Positions 62,349-64,000 of a stretch of 64,000 nt of DNA are shown here, in pieces. How positions within the stretch are numbered: position 1 is the first letter of the stretch; each line of letters begins with the position of its first letter. Origin of the DNA: Chiloscyllium plagiosum (lineage: Eukaryota). Made by a program: the position numbers and the translations under genes. The stretch lies in contig NC_057757.1 of NCBI RefSeq assembly GCF_004010195.1, forward strand, positions 6,959,402 through 7,023,401, written 5' to 3'. Below the pieces are notes generated by a model that made no database searches, had not been told where the DNA came from, and worked only from the letters and a program-made list of their open reading frames with translations.

Positions 62349-64000
62349 TTGCCACCTTCACAGATTTGCAGAAATGCAAACCCAGGATTGCTCTGATCTT
62401 CAGTACTTTCCAGAGTCCTACATTTCATTTGTAATCGTTGGCCTTGTTAGCCCTTCCCAAGTGCATTATGTCACTCTTCCGGGCTGTGCCATTGGTCTGC
62501 CCAGTCTGATTATATCCTCCTGCAGCTTTCAGCTATCCTCCTCACTACTTGCCACCCTGCCAATTCTCATGTCATCCATGATCTTCTTGATCACAGTCCT
62601 TACAGTTATACCCAAATCATCACGTACACCACAAACAACAAATTCCCCAGCACCGAGCCCTGCAGGACTCCAATGAAAACAGACTTCCAGTCTCTGAAAC
62701 ATTCCCCCTACCATCACTCTACTTCCCACCTCTCAGCCAATTTGGATCCAACATGCCGTCTCGCCTTGGATCCCACTGGCTGTGTCAAAAGCTTTGCTGA
62801 AGTCCGCTGGACTACGTCAAATGCATCACCCGCAGCAACTCTCCTGGTTACCTCCACAAAATAATGACCGAATTTGTCAAACATGACTGTCCTTTAACAA
62901 ATTCACGCTGACAATCACTGATTGAAGTGTCTCTCCAAGTAATGATATTTTATGCCCCTCAGAACTCTTAACAACTTCCCACCAGAAGTTAGACTGATTG
63001 GGCTGTAACTCCTGATCTATCAATTCCTCTCACTTTTAACAATTGGATATTAGCAGTCTTCTGGTAGCTCATCTGTGGCCAGAGAGGATTCAAAAATTAC
63101 TGTCAGGACCAATGATACCTCCTCCCTTGCTTCTCTTAACAGCCTAGGATACATCTCATTCAGGCCTGCAGATGTATCACCTTTTAAAGCTGCTACACCA
63201 CGAGTAACACAAACTGAAGTTGCTGGAAAATCTCAGCAGGTCTGGCAGCATCTGTGAAGAGAAATCAGAAGGGTCTGAGCAAGGATCACCAGATCTGAAA
63301 CATTAACTTTGATTTCCCTTCTCAGCCACTCACTATCCTGATTTGGAAATATATCGCCGTTCCTTCAGCATCACTGGGTCAGAATCTTGGAATTCCCTCC
63401 CAAGGGCATTGTGGGTCAACCTGTAGCACATGGACTGCAGCTGTTCAAGAAGGCAGCTCACCACCACCTTCTCGAGGGCAACTAGGGACAGTCAATAAAT
63501 GCTGGCCAGTCAGCAAAGCCCACTTTCCATGAATTAATATACAAAATAAAACTTGTTTTATTGATAAAGCAAAACCTCCAGAATTTTGTGTTTCTGTTTC
63601 AGCAAGACCACTTTGTTAAAACTGCAACACGACAAAGTGGGATCTATCAAGACAGGTTCCCAACTGGGATTTCACTTGTCCAGTGATAACATCAACTGGG
63701 ATCATAGTACTTCTAGGTCCTTGAACGCAAGACACATCTCACTACCAATAAAAAAATCTCCTCCATGTCCATCCTACCAAATATTTTTGACAGGTCATCC
63801 GGTATAGGAAACCTGACCCAGTCTGTTCAATCTTCCTAATAGGAAGAAGCTTTCATTTGAGTAAAATGTTTTTTTAAACAGTCCAGTGTTCCCACTGTAT
63901 TAGACAGCCTCACAAAAACATGATAAAAATTGACAAAAGACCATAAGACATAGGAGTGGAAGTAAGACCATTCAGCCCATCGAGTCCACTCTGCCATTCA

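Overview
Vertebrate genomic DNA, very probably a shark or other elasmobranch, inferred from HE1/V-SINE-like SINEs, CR1/L2 LINE fragments and Penelope-like ends. There are two assembly gaps (6175-6266, 9725-10179). Two convergent multi-exon genes were rebuilt by hand from GT-AG boundaries. (1) AP4M1 (AP-4 mu subunit) on +: coding exons 2-9 and 11-15 from 383 to the stop at 16201. Exon 1 is upstream of the window and exon 10 is missing, probably in the second gap. (2) A cohesin stromal-antigen gene on -, best called STAG3: 31 phase-consistent coding exons from 57010 to 17500 (1183 codons including the stop, ending ...LDIDDF*), with the N-terminus unresolved. Most interesting are several tandem partial duplications of exon boundaries. 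Three place a donor-less or frameshifting decoy acceptor upstream of the true exon (STAG3 26170-26371, STAG3 22043-~23050, AP4M1 14378-14399). Also notable: a minisatellite apparently derived from the CR1 ORF2 C-terminus, many Penelope-like inverted-repeat elements with minimal hammerhead-ribozyme cores, a TA-flanked MITE nested in a SINE, and a probable solo LTR. No database searches were run. Gene calls rest on recalled protein similarity, and repeat boundaries are approximate.
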